Assembly: GCA_024137785.1 (NCBI GenBank)
Contig: JAHRHZ010000012.1
Location: forward strand, 69,347,286-69,411,285
DNA from: Ginglymostoma cirratum
Lineage: Eukaryota
Direction: 5' to 3'
DNA: 64,000 nt
The translations under genes and the position numbers were made by a program. The notes beneath the pieces are model-generated. The model saw only the letters and a list, made by a program, of their open reading frames with translations, was not told where the DNA came from and did no database searches. This document shows, one piece after another, positions 50,341 through 62,431 of this stretch. Within the stretch, counting starts at the first letter, position 1; each line of letters begins with the position of its first letter.

Positions 50341-51921
50341 GTTATCCTGGCAAGGGTAGGCTTAATTTTCTTAGGGTATGTATTCAATGCATTAATTCAA
50401 AAAAGCCACCTATAGATTTGAGTTTGAAGTTTTGTGGAGATGTCTGAACTTTTTAAAGGTCAATGAAAAGACACATTGGAACTTTTTGTTAAAAATAAAG
50501 CATTTCTTAGAAACCACGTGGTTCCAGATAATTGCTGGCTTTAGTGACTCAAAAACATTTCAGGGGATCACCTGACTATTTTACAACAGGATTTAAGCTT
50601 TTCTATTTAAAGAGTGTGTGCAAGTTTAAACTTTGTTTGGATTTTCAATGGGGTAAAACAAGCAGTTCCATTCTTGCCTCCTGTTTCTGGCCTTCTTCAA
50701 TCCATGGGAATCTTATCTTTTTCAGGTGGGTAACATGCGGCAGCTAGGACGGGAGAGGAACAGGATAAAAATCTAGCATTGCAATTTTAACTCCACTGCT
50801 GCTGGATTTTCACAGGGTGGATGGGGTTAAAATCAATGGCTTTGACTCTTCGAACGATTGTAGGGATTGATTTAGCTCATGTTGCAATAGATTGTGGTCA
50901 TCAGTAAGGAAAAGTGTGTCAGAAATGAGGGATGTCATTCAGTCTACATAACAGTATTCATCAACTGAACAACTACATTGTGCAAAGTTATTGATATGAT
51001 GAGCAGAATATTGTCCTTCAGGTGAGTGATTCAGAAGTCTATCTGTGATGACACAAGTAAATCATTAACCTACTTGAAAAACATTGAGCTTTTCACTACA
51101 TCAGCCTCCATTGCAGCAATTTGATGAATGTTAGGGCTTAAATTCTGGCAACACCCACTTTCTAAAAAGGCTTTTATCAAGTAAAACAAAACATGAGTAG
51201 CTGCCAGCAGGAATATAATCCTGCTGCTACTTCCATTTTTCTATAATACAATGCTCTTCTCAGTTGCAAATTACAAACTGTGACAAACACTTTAACAAGC
51301 CTTAGTAATTAGAATTAGAATACCTGGTGCTGAGCAAAGGGGTAAGAGTTAATGGTCATAGTTTGATGCAAGAGGACAAAGCAAAATGCATTTCATTTAA
51401 ATTTGTCATCCAGCACAGATATCCTTTTTTAATCAAGCAATAGTCTTGGAGTGGGAAAGGAGAGTAAATAAACAGATATCAGTTGAGTTTGAAGGAGACG
51501 TTGATATAGAACAAGAATTTGAAGAATATCTGATAGGAGGATAGGAGTGCATGCCACAAAAAACTGAAAAATCAGTAATTCCACAGTTACAGTAAACAGA
51601 CGTTTTTTAAAAAATTGTTCCTTCTTAGATCATTCAAGCACCAACATTTGTTTCATCACTACATATGGTACAGATTATCTGTGTGGCAACACCTAGGAAA
51701 CAACACGTAACTTAATCAGTAAAAGGGAAGCTCCTTGATTTCTTTTACAAAGTGCAAACCAAAGTCAATTGCAGCAAATGCCACAATATTCTGCACAAAG
51801 ACTTTCAAAACACATTTAATAATCTTTCACATGAGGTTACTGATTAAACTTACAGCTATGAGCATAAAGAACAAAAAAAAATTACACTGAATTAGAAACT
51901 GGCAACAGCCAATATACTAAG

Positions 51922-52135
51922 AGATAGTAGGAACTGCAGATGCTGGAGAATCTGAGATAACAAGGTGTAGAGCTCGATGAACACAGCAGGCCAAGCAGCA
52001 TCAGAGGAGCAGGAAGGCTGACGTTTCGGGCCTAGACCCTTTCTGAAGAAGGGTCTAGGCCTGAAACATCAGCCTCCCTGCTCCTCTGACGCTGCTTGGC
52101 CTGCTGTGTTCATCCAGCTCTACAAGTTGTTGTCT
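51922..52135. mobile_element. Head-to-head Penelope pLTR hairpin (family B)
   Basis: Near-perfect palindrome centred at about 52045; TSD agccaata(t/c)ac(t/c)aag at 51907-51921 and 52136-52150. Confidence 0.9.
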
Positions 52136-52339
52136 AGCCAATACACCAAGTTCTGGTTTAGCTAGGGAATGGCAGGTTAGGTGGAAGTATAGGGTGGAAC
52201 AACTTCAGAGTTTAAGCTGCTGTCATTACTAAATTACTTCAATGTCTTGGGTTCAGAAACTCGAAGCAAAAATAGAAAATTTGAAGATGATCCAAAATTA
52301 GAAAAATAAGAAGAATTAGCCTTGAAATTACAGAAGGAT

Positions 52340-53635
52340 CATAAGATCATAGGACGTTGGAGCAGGTATAAACCATTTGGCCCCTCGAGCTAGCTCTGCC
52401 AATCAATCAGATCAATAAAGCTGATATAATCATCACTTTAACTCCACTTTCCTGCATGTCCTCATAACACTTGTTGGTCAAAACTCTGTTCAACTCATCC
52501 ATGAATACATTCAATGACTCAGCCTTCATTTTCTCCACTGGGGAAGAGAATTCAATTGACCAATCTTTGACACAAAGATTGGGGGAGCTGCAGACAGTGA
52601 GGAAGATTGCCAGAGAATACAAAAAACAAGCTGGGCTGGAGACTTGGGCGGAGAAATAGCAGATGGAATCTAATCCAGACAAAGGCAAGATGATGCATTT
52701 TGGGAGATCTAATAGAGTCATAGAGTCCAACAGCACGGAGACAGGCCCTTTGGCCCAAACTGCTCCATGCTGACCAAAATGTCCATCCTCACTAACCCCA
52801 TCTCCCTGCACTTGGCCCATATCCTTCTATCCTATCTTATGCTTGTATTCATCCAAATGCCTTTTAAATGTTATTAATGTACTCCCCCCTCAACCACTTC
52901 CACGAGCAGCTCATTTCCATATGCGTACCACCCTCTGTGTAAAAACGTTACCCCTCAGGTTCCGATTTATTCTTTCCCCTCTTACCTTTAACTGATGCCC
53001 TCTAGCCCTCGATTTCCCAACCCTGGGAAAAAGGCTGAGTGCATTCACCCTATCCATGCCTCTCATGATCTTACATACTTCTGTAAGATTCCCCCTCAGC
53101 CTCCTATGCTCTAAAGAAAAAAGTCCTAGATTGTCCAGCCTCTCCCTGTAATTCCCTAGTACAGGAGGGAAGTATACAGTAAATGACAGAACACTTAGTA
53201 GCATCAACAAACAGACAGATCCTGTAATGCAGGTCCACAGTTCCCTGAAAGTGGCAAAAAAAGTGGATATGGTGGTCCAGAAGACAGATGGCATGCTTGC
53301 CTCCACGTGTCAGGGCATGGACTATAAAAATTGGCAAGTCATGTAACAGCTGTTAGAACTTTAGCTAGGCTACATTTGGAATATTGTGTACAGTTCCAGA
53401 AGGATGTGGTAGCTTTAGAGAGGATACAGAAATGGTTTACCAAGTTGTTGCCTGGTTGGAAGGTATAAGCTATGAGGAGAGATTGGACAATGTTGGTTTA
53501 TTTTTCCTTGAAAGTTGAATGATGAGGCATGACCTGATAGAAGTTTACAAAATTATGCGAGGCATGGGTAAAATAGATAGTGGGAGTCTTTTCCCCATGG
53601 TTGAAATGTCATTTACCAGGGGACACAGATTTCAG
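52340..53635. mobile_element. CR1 fragments: minus 52340-52555; plus 52575-53635 with a nested minus copy at 52712-53150
   Basis: ORF 52911..53306 YRERLDNLGLFSLEHRRLRGNL..FTQRVVRIW; WAEK..MES.P.K. Confidence 0.85.
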
Positions 53636-53959
53636 ATTTCACCTCCGTTTTAGATGGGAGGGCTCCTATTTTAAAAATGTGCCATTTACTTCTTCATGCA
53701 AGCCGAAAGAATAAAGCTTCATTTTCTGCTTCGGCACAGTGCAATTTTGAGGTCTCAACTTTGAATTCCACAACTTTAGAAAGTGACTACATATATCTGT
53801 TCTCCATTTCCCTTATACTCTCCACCACCCTCTCCTCGCAGCCTGTTTTGTTTATGTCTTGTATACTTTACTCTTATTAAAAAAGATTCATTCTCTCTCT
53901 TTCACACTTTAATTTATACCCACTTTATATTTTTTTTTCACCATCGTTTTCACCATGTC

Positions 53960-54143
53960 TTTTACACTGGACTTCTCTACCATCTGTTACCTTGCTCTTC
54001 CTCTGACCCTGTTACAAATATAACACCTTTCCACCACCTCTCGGTTCTGACGAGTCATACTGGACTTGAAACTTTGACTCTGTTTCTCTATCCACAGATG
54101 CTGCCAGACCTGTTGAGTTTCTCCAGCATTTCCTGTTTTTGTT
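53960..54143 (+). mobile_element. Penelope pLTR fragment (family A-related) with an HHR relic
   Basis: GGTT CTGACG AGTC-ATACTG-GACTT GAAAC TTT GACT, then ctgtttctctatccacagatgctgccagacctg. Confidence 0.75.
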
Positions 54144-56751
54144 AACTGTTCATGTAAGTGAGTCAGAACTCTTCAAAGCCTCTGATTCTAACTCAGAATT
54201 AGAAACATTTTTAGAGAGTTTCAGGCAATGAGTATTTTCCTACCGTAAGGTTAAATTTCTTGAACAATTCCCACATTGTAACCTTCCACACGGAACTGAG
54301 ATGCAATTCCTATTTGCACTGCTGCAATGATAATCTTCCTAGAACAAATATTTTATTCAATTATGCAATTCCTTTGAACAAAATGTACTGGAATTTTTAA
54401 TCTCACTTGAAAGAATTTGTAATCACTTAAAGCCAACAACAAAGTCTGAAGTGGTAGACACCCGCTGTGTTAATGACAGCTTGTGAAATAAGATCAGGCA
54501 GCAGTAATCCAATAAACCCCTTTGGGATTTCTCAAAAGACAGAGTAAAATAGGAAGACATGATACTTTTAACACTCCAAGCATTTTTGATGATTTAAACA
54601 ACAGGACTTTTAAATACTCTGACAGTTAACAGCTGCCTCTGACAGGCACTTTTCACAGTTTGTCTTGACATTTTTGACAACTGATTTTGATAGGTCTATC
54701 GACAGATCCAATGTACTTGTCTGTTAAACGGTTTATGTACTTTTGTTCACATTCTTGCCTCCTTTTAACAATTCCAAATGTTACCGTACCTTGTCCAAAG
54801 TCCATCTTATCTCCCCCAAATGAAATCTGAACTCCAGTAAAAGATGCCCTGAATAATACCCAAAGGGGTATTTCTGCTACTCAAAGAAATGTGCAATGTT
54901 CAGATTTGCTCTTGTCAGGCTTAGTCTGTAATTTTTGAGCTTCATATAACTACAAAATCTGACTTGATTGAAGAAAGCTGGTTACACTATTCTATGATTT
55001 ATGCATGTATGAAATGTGGTCCAGCTCCATGAAAAAGTGAGTTTAATGTGTGGTGAGTTACTAAGTCTCAATATTTTTCTACAAGTTGTCTCCAGCGAGC
55101 AGTTAATTGACTTTTAATGGGCTAAGAATTAAATTCAGGAAGGAGAGTTAAGCTTGTTTTTTTCTAGCCTTAGGCTGAGTAAACAAGCTCTTTTTCGGAA
55201 GAGCTGATTAAGTAATTAGGCAAAGTAGTTCAATCTTTTCTTGCATTATGGCTCCAAAGACTACAAATGTGGAGAGCTCTAAACCATCCCTATGTCTGTG
55301 ATTAACAACAGGAGTGTCCTGAAGCAAATATTTGGTTAAGTTCTGGGTATCAAGCTCAGGGCACTGACGCTAAGGTCAAGATGCTTTTGGAGTGCTCCAA
55401 GAAGTGTAATTCTGCCCATGGGATGTTTAAACTTCTTGAGCAAAGTACTGCACATTTTCACAAGTCGGAACTTCATCACACTCCGTAGTATATAACAGTG
55501 CCACACTTCTCAATATTCATCGTTGTTGTCATCAGATCATTCAGCACAAACTCTTTCAGTGACTACTTGACCAATAATCATTAATGGCGGGCAAAGATCT
55601 CAGATTAGACGTGAGTATAATGTTTTTGTGCAATGAATAGTTAAGATGCGGGATTATGTTTGGCATGGAGTGGTAAGGTGGAAGGATCTGTTTCCATGCT
55701 GCATGACTCTATGACTTAGACTGCTCTAAATACAGATTCAATAGGAATGTTCAAAAGAAAATTGAATAAATCATTGAAAGAAAAATAAGCATAGGCTGAT
55801 GCTGAAATTAACTGAATTGCTCTTCAACAAAGCTGGTTGAGACTCAATGAGCCAAAATACACCCTTTTGTCCTGAGCTTTCTGATTCTATGCTCCTGTAA
55901 TCATTGTATAATTTTATTTTGTGCAACCTGGACTTTGAAGTTAGAGGGACCTTCTAATTTTACAGAGCCACATCTCCTTCAAGGACCTCTGACAGAACTG
56001 CGGAAGAGCATGTTATGTAAAAACTGAGACTGTCAAAAACACAATTATGCATCTTAAATTTTCTAATAAAAGTAACATCTGAATTATTTTGACTAATCTG
56101 AGAGATATGTGTGTTACAAATGATCAGAGTATCTAGTGTCAGTTACCTCACACAGCCTGTTAGCATCCTTGATGAACTCCAAATCAAGAAAGCATAAAGT
56201 CATGTTAGGTTAGTCATTTTGCCAATGAAGAGAGCACAAACACCAGTCCAGATAAGAAGGAACATCTTCATGTCTCATTTAACAAGCTGACTTTGGGCTA
56301 GTGATCATGATAATTTGTGGGAAAGTTTACTTCAGCCTATTTTTGGAATGCGTGATCATTCAGTGCCTGGTCCTGCTGAGCCAGCAGCAGACAGAACTCA
56401 TGCTGCTTCTTCTAAATGATTTCAGAGTGTAGCTGAGCACAATCCATGCAAAAAGGGGACCAGGCAACATGCATGGCAATTGTGTTTCAGCTGGTCTGGT
56501 ACATCTTTAAGGAATTTCTTAAAATAGACGGACAACTGGAATTGCTGAATATTGCCTATGGACAGCTCAGAAAAATAAAAGTGCAGAAAGTGGAACAACA
56601 GGCAAGAGTGAGGTCTTGCAAGTTTCCTGATGCAGTAGAAGCACTAGTGCCTCTAATGGCTAATGAAGCAACTAGTACAGGAGTTGGGAAGATGGAGAAA
56701 TGCAATGTTTCTGAAGACGTCTCAAGGCCGGTGCAGAGAAAGAAATGGGAA

Positions 56752-57290
56752 TAGATAACACAGTGTGGAGCTGGAGGAACACAGCAGGCCAGGCAGCATC
56801 AGAGGAGCAGGAAAGCTGATGTTTCGGGTCGGGACCCTTCTTCAGAAATGGGGAAATGGGAAGGAGGTTCTGAAATAAATAGGGAGAGGAGGGGTGGGGC
56901 TGGGGAAGGTAGGTGGGATGGCAATAGGTGAGTGCAAGTAGGCAGTGGTGGGGATTGGTCAGTGAAGTAGGAAGGGCGGAAAGGTGGGAGAGAAGATGGA
57001 CAGGTCAAGGAGGCGGGGATGAGAGGAAGGGTTGCTCATAGGATGAGGCTGGGGGTGGAGAGATTTTGAAGCTAGTAAAGTCCACATTGAGACCACTGGG
57101 TTGTAGGCTCCCAAGGCGGAATATCAGGTACTGCTCCTCCAGTTTCTGGGTGGCGTTGTTGTGACACTGTGGGAGGCCCAGGATGGACATGTCATTCAGG
57201 GAGTGGGAGGGGGAGTTGAAGTGGTTCGCGACTGGAAGGTGTTATCGTTTGTCGTGTACAGAGTGCAGGTGCTCTACAAAACGGTCTCCG
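56752..57290 (-). mobile_element. Penelope 3' fragment (family B): GIY-YIG C-terminus and pLTR with HHR
   Basis: ORF 57005..57190 MSILGL..KLEEQYLIFRLGSLQPSGLNVDF; minus CTGAAGA A GGGTC-CC-GACCC GAAAC ATC at about 56813-56848. Confidence 0.9.
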
Positions 57291-57429
57291 AGCCTTATAT
57301 GTCAGGGATATTACTGTTTAGAATTCTGCTCTAAGACAATTGCAGTGGTGCGACAAAGGGTCCAATAACCTACATTGGCAGTCAATGCTAATGGATTCAT
57401 CTTCACATGACATCTCCAAGTCACACTCC

Positions 57430-57908
57430 AACAACATCTCATGCTCAAGAAGCTTGACACTATTCAAGGCAAATCAATTGGCTTGAATGGCACCTCTTCA
57501 ACAACCTTGAATTTTCATTGTCTTCCCACTAATATAAAGGGATAAGATTCTGTACCATCTGGAAGTTGTACTGTCACAACGCATCAAAGCTTCTTCAATG
57601 ATGCCTTGCAAGCCCAGGAGATGTATCCCCCAGAAGGACAAGGAAAGCAGATGCATGGGACCACTACTACTTGTAAATTCTCCACCAAACCAAACACCAT
57701 CCTGACGTGGACCAATGTTCCTGTTCCTTCATTATCACTCCGTTAAATTCCTAGCACTTCATTTCTCACAGCACATTGGGTAGACCAATATCCCAAGGGC
57801 TGTAGCAGTTCAAGAAGACAGCTCACTATTACCATCCCAAGGGAAATTAGGTTGGGCAATAAATGCTGGCCTGTCCCCAGCAATGCCCACATCCTGTGAA
57901 AAAAAATT
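57430..57908 (+). mobile_element. LINE 3' end (CR1/L2 group), probable partner of the 33495 SINE
   Basis: KKLDTIQ..; tail gggaaattaggttgggcaataaatgctggcc..gcccacatcctgtgaaaaaaaa. Confidence 0.75.
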
Positions 57909-59499
57909 GTTTGCTCCTCAATTAACCATCGTCCAATCATTCACCCATCAGCAGCATCAAAATCTCAGCATTCAGCTCTAACGATCAGATACTCCACCAC
58001 ATTCTCACGTATCTACCAATACTTCCAGCCTCACATTTTCTCCTCAATCCTTTCATATACCTCCAGACAATCAACTTTGGCAGCACATTATCCAAATATA
58101 TTGCAACACACTAATATTTTCTCCGTCTTGCAGGACATGCTGACCCCTCATAGGAGACAGAGCAGAACTGGAAGAGGACAGGCACCACTGTATCACCTGA
58201 ACCCTCTGAAAGAGACTGTACTTCCCTTTGTAGGATTGCCTGTGACTTAGGATGTTGCACTTGCAATCACTAAAAACATTCAGGACTTTGGTATTTCCCT
58301 AACTCCTCAAATCATATCTCTGTCTCCTACTGTCTGGCAACAAATGAAATCTGCAGATGTTGTGATTGCAAATCCGTATTTTTGACTAGGCACCCAACTT
58401 AGTTCACCCCAACCCTCCCCTTCTCTATTTCTGTTTTCAGACACTCAAGAACTGACACATTACCAGCCACTGCAGTCTCATAGGAAGAGAGAGTGTCATG
58501 CCAGACTGCCGAGGAAGAAACACTGTTGACTGATTTAATAGTTACAGTCACCAGCTCAGAGACAGGTATCTTAGAGGCAGCATAGAATTGGGATCAGCAC
58601 ATGGTGAACCATCAGACACCAATGTGCAGCCAGCCAAAGGGGAAAGAAAAGTTCATGGATCATATCTTGGGAAGGCAAGTTCACACATAAATTCTGTCAC
58701 AGAGATCTTGTCCGTAAAGTTTGATGGAATAGCATACAAAAGAATGCTGTTAGCATGTAAACTGAGAGGATACCTTGAAGATCCAAAAGGTCTGCAATTG
58801 ACTCAAGGTCTGCAATTGACTCAAAGGTTCCTCCTTTGGAAGTTGGATGATTAGGTCTTTAAATAACAGACATGAGGTTGAATGATGGATGTCCCTCATG
58901 TAATTAAATGTATATTCAGCTGGGTGTTAAAGGGAGGGCAGTAACTGGATCGGCACAGTTGAAAATGGAAGACTATGTGCCCACTCAGTTATTTTTGCAT
59001 GCTTTGATATAAAGATGTATGGTACACACCTGCCAATTTAGGTGGGGAATGAGCATAGATGAAGGAGATCAAAGGCTACCCAGTTGCTAATATTTCACAT
59101 TGGGACTTCTGCAGCTCTAACACAAGAAGTCCAATTTAGTGGCTCTTGATCTTTTAATCAATGAAAAGGAATGTTCTGTTTATATCATAATTTAGTAAGC
59201 ATCGACACTTTCATAGCCTGCAGTCAAATTACTATTTCCCATTTAAAGATACATTTAAAGTATATCCAATGGCAGCTTAAATATTAATTGATGAACATAG
59301 ATGGTTAACATGTAGGTGATTTACCCTCTGAGTCAACTTGAGTATTCTGGAAAAGGGAAAAAAAAAGAAAATGAAGCAAATGACACCAGTTGAGAGAAGT
59401 CAGACAAATGTAATACACCAAAACCACAAAACTTTAAGATTCGACAATAATTGTGCTGTTTATCACTTTTTTGAGTGAATGCTGATAGAATAGAATAGG

Positions 59500-59945
59500 G
59501 CAGTATAGACTAGAATAGAATACCATAGCAATTTATTGTAACGTGCATTTTTATAAAAAAAAGTGAAAAGTTTTATAAGTCACCATACTATGGCGCCTGT
59601 ATTAATGACATAAGCCATAGCGTAGAAGAAATAAAGTAAAAATTAGGATAAAGTTCATCTTAGATCAATTTCAGTTCAGGGAAGGCCAGATAAAACACTG
59701 AATGCTGGAATACCTGGAAACCACCTCCACGCCAGGATGAGACGGCCACTCAGGGACTAGACTGCCAAACTGAGACTGCGGCACCAGACTGAGATCACCA
59801 CGTCAGACGGACACCGTCACACTGGGCCAGTGGAATGCCTGGAAGCCATTGTTGAAGATAACCCCAACACATGTATGAGACCTGCATGCTAGGATAAGAT
59901 CGCCAAACCTGGAGACCACCACACCAAGCTGAGACCGCAAAAATA
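59500..59945 (-). mobile_element. GC-rich element with a Rex1-like tail and internal tandem repeats
   Basis: Minus tail GGCGCC..ATGGTGACT..ACTTTTCACT..CACGTTACAATAAA..(TATTC)n; degenerate ~20-bp units ctgagaccaccacaccag; possible TSD atagact. Confidence 0.55.
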
Positions 59946-61154
59946 GACTCATGCACACGTCAACTTCTTTCACAGTAATATTTTTGTTCCTGCTGTCCCT
60001 TTACCCATTGCAAGAAATTCACTTGGCTATCCTAAGTGAATTAGTAAAGAGTTCATATTGTTTTTAAAACTATTAACTGCTAAAATACCTAATTCATAAT
60101 GTAATTGAATTGAGTTTGGGAGCAGTCCTCAGGGAGTTTGCAGAATGCAAGCTTTATAGGTTTGAAATTGGTCAGCAAAATTGGTCACTGCAGTTTTAAG
60201 ATTTTGCACAGTCCAGTGCAGTTCACTTGGCAGTATTTATCCACTCCTTCACAAATACTGAGAAATGAACTGTAAACTACACTCTTCTTTAAATGGCCTT
60301 GCAAGCGTGTGATCCTTAATATGTTCTATTGATCCCTGGAACTGATTTCTTGAGCCATTGATTTTTCTTACTCTCAGTCCGTGGCCTTCCCATCTCAGTG
60401 TTTATTCAGACGAGTCTCTCTAAATTGCTTCTAGTGAAGGCTGGTGCCAAAGGCCAATCGAGGCCATGGTGCATGTGCACCTATCTATAAATCTGTGCTG
60501 GGGACTTTGTTTCCAAATGTTGTTTGTGAACACTGTTTGTCTTTGGCAGAAGAGGATGCCTATTAGTGAACTGATAGCAGGGCACAGAAGTGAGTATTTC
60601 ACGTGCTATTTCCCCCCTTTAGCAATAACGAATACTATTCTTTCATTGCATACTGACTATCAGTGTGCCAGAGAAACAGAGAAAAAAAAATCGAGGTTGC
60701 ACAATGTAAGATCTTGTTTATCAGGCAATGATGCCTTACTAAGGCATCAGTGGTGATGGCCTTCACATGGAAAACAAACAGAAATTATGCAATTGCGTTT
60801 CAGTACTGTACAGCCTTCCATGCAGTTCCACATAACTTTTCGGATCTGGAGGGAATGGGTGGGCACTTTTATTTTATTCAGTTAGAATGCAATTCTTTTC
60901 ACTCCAGGGACCTGGACTTGAAATCACCCCAGACCGATGGGATAAAGATCTCCTCTGACACGTCTGACATATGTTACGGGTCACAAGTGAAATGGATTCT
61001 GGCAGCTTCAATCCAGTTCCCAGTGGACATAAGTCAGCACAAACTGCCCTAAATTCAGTACTAATTGGCACTAGATTCGCAAGCTTTCTACACAACATAG
61101 AAAGGTTGGAAAATATGAGGGCAAGCACATTGTAGTGATGCAGAAGAGATGACA

Positions 61155-61545
61155 GCATCAGCTCAGTTGATTTTATTCCTGCTTCTAAGGCACAAGGATG
61201 TTGGTTTAAATTCCATGTCTCAGAATGAAGGACATCTTGGCAGAGTGCTGTATGCCAGGAGGCGCCATCTTTTGAATGAGACATTAAATTAAGGGTTTAT
61301 CTGTTCTCTCAGCTGAATGTAAAAACTCCAAAGCGTTATTTGAAGAAAAGATTTTTCCAGGCCTTGAGCAATATTTACTTGTCAATTGGTGTCTTAAAAA
61401 AGGATCTCACAAATCACTTTTTTGCTGTCTGTGGGACCCTGCTTTTTGTAACTTCCTACATTGCAACTGCGATGACACTTCAGAAGTACTTCTGACATCA
61501 TAGAGAGCAAATATATAAATGTAATTTCTATCTTTCTTTCTTTCT
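61155..61545 (+). mobile_element. Deu-domain SINE (SacSINE1/AmnSINE-like)
   Basis: ggaggcgccatcttttgaatgagacattaaa..ctctcagctgaatgtaaaa..tatttgaagaa resembles the Deu core. Confidence 0.7.
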
Positions 61546-61605
61546 TTCTCTCTTTCACTCCCTTTCTTTTCATCTCTCTCTTTCTCTCTTTCTTCCTTTC
61601 TTTCA
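61525..61605. repeat. (TTTC)n / CT-rich microsatellite
   Basis: tctttctttctttctttctctc.. Confidence 0.85.
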
Positions 61606-61999
61606 ATATGCATTCAATATGTAATGCCAGCAGATGTACTTAGTACTTACACAAATGGTTGCATTTCCAGCACTGTGAAGAAATTATATTTTAAAATATA
61701 TAAACTTGAAAAAATCATATAGTTTTATTAAGCAAAGTAAAAAGCTACAATCACTGGCTTTTATTTGTATTTGTTACAAAGTAGAGGATGCTGCTCAACT
61801 GATCAAAGTTTATCTGCTATAAGCGAGCTATGAATGTGGCAGAAGACACCTTTACATGGATGAATATCTGACCAGTTGAAGCTAACTTTCCTCATCAGCT
61901 TCTGGAAACTTTGCAATTCCAGACTCCGGTTCAGGATTTGCGAGGTTTTAGCAGCAGTCTGACAGTGACAATTTTATTACTTCTCAAAATCTGAGAAGA

Positions 62000-62350
62000 A
62001 GACATGAAGTAGAAGCAGGAATCAATCATGCTACCCCTGGAGCCTGACCTGTCATTCAATACAATCAGGACCGATCCAAGGATTTAGCTCCACTTCCCTG
62101 CCCACTCAACATATTGCTTGATTTCTGAGAGACCAAAAATCTATCTATCCGGGCCTTAAATATATTCAGCATTGGAACATTCAAAACACTAGATATTTCC
62201 AAAGATTTATAACTCTTTGAGTGAAGCAATTCCTCCTCATCCAAACAAATGAAAGGTCCATTATCCTGAGTCTGTGAACCAGATTTTACGTATTCCGCGA
62301 GGGTTAGGGAGAGTGGAACACAAAGAAGTGATCTACTGGCTCCAGTCCCC
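62000..62350 (-). mobile_element. CR1 3' fragment
   Basis: LNIFKARIDRFLVS in ORF 62065..62355. Confidence 0.75.
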
Positions 62351-62431
62351 GCCATCTTAGCTTGATAAATCGAGTATCACACAGCCAATTAGCAAATGCC
62401 TGGAGGAAATTACCAATTAGTGCTGCAAAGG

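Larger units (their letters stand above)
49395..50690 (+). mobile_element. LTR-like repeat, copy 2 (starts TGTTA, 3'-truncated) with two nested PLE hairpins
   Basis: Aligns with 42577-43713. Confidence 0.65.
56590..58800 (+). pseudogene. Harbinger Myb/SANT-like gene remnant with intron-like junctions, interrupted by PLE and LINE
   Basis: RVRSCKFPDAVEALV (ORF 56446..56754); after ttgcag at about 58133 RRQSRTGRGQAPLYHLNPLKETVL, resembling R..RTGGG...LTPLEE.VL; acceptor ttttcag at 58440. Confidence 0.5.

Noticed and set aside
58787-58822. Perfect 18-bp tandem duplication aaggtctgcaattgactc
   Set aside because: Ordinary slippage duplication within a decayed element
59700-59945. CRISPR-like repeat array
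   Set aside because: Degenerate tandem units without unique spacers; vertebrate context, no cas genes
61394-61613. Lys/Glu/Arg-rich ORFs
   Set aside because: Translation of the (TTTC)n microsatellite
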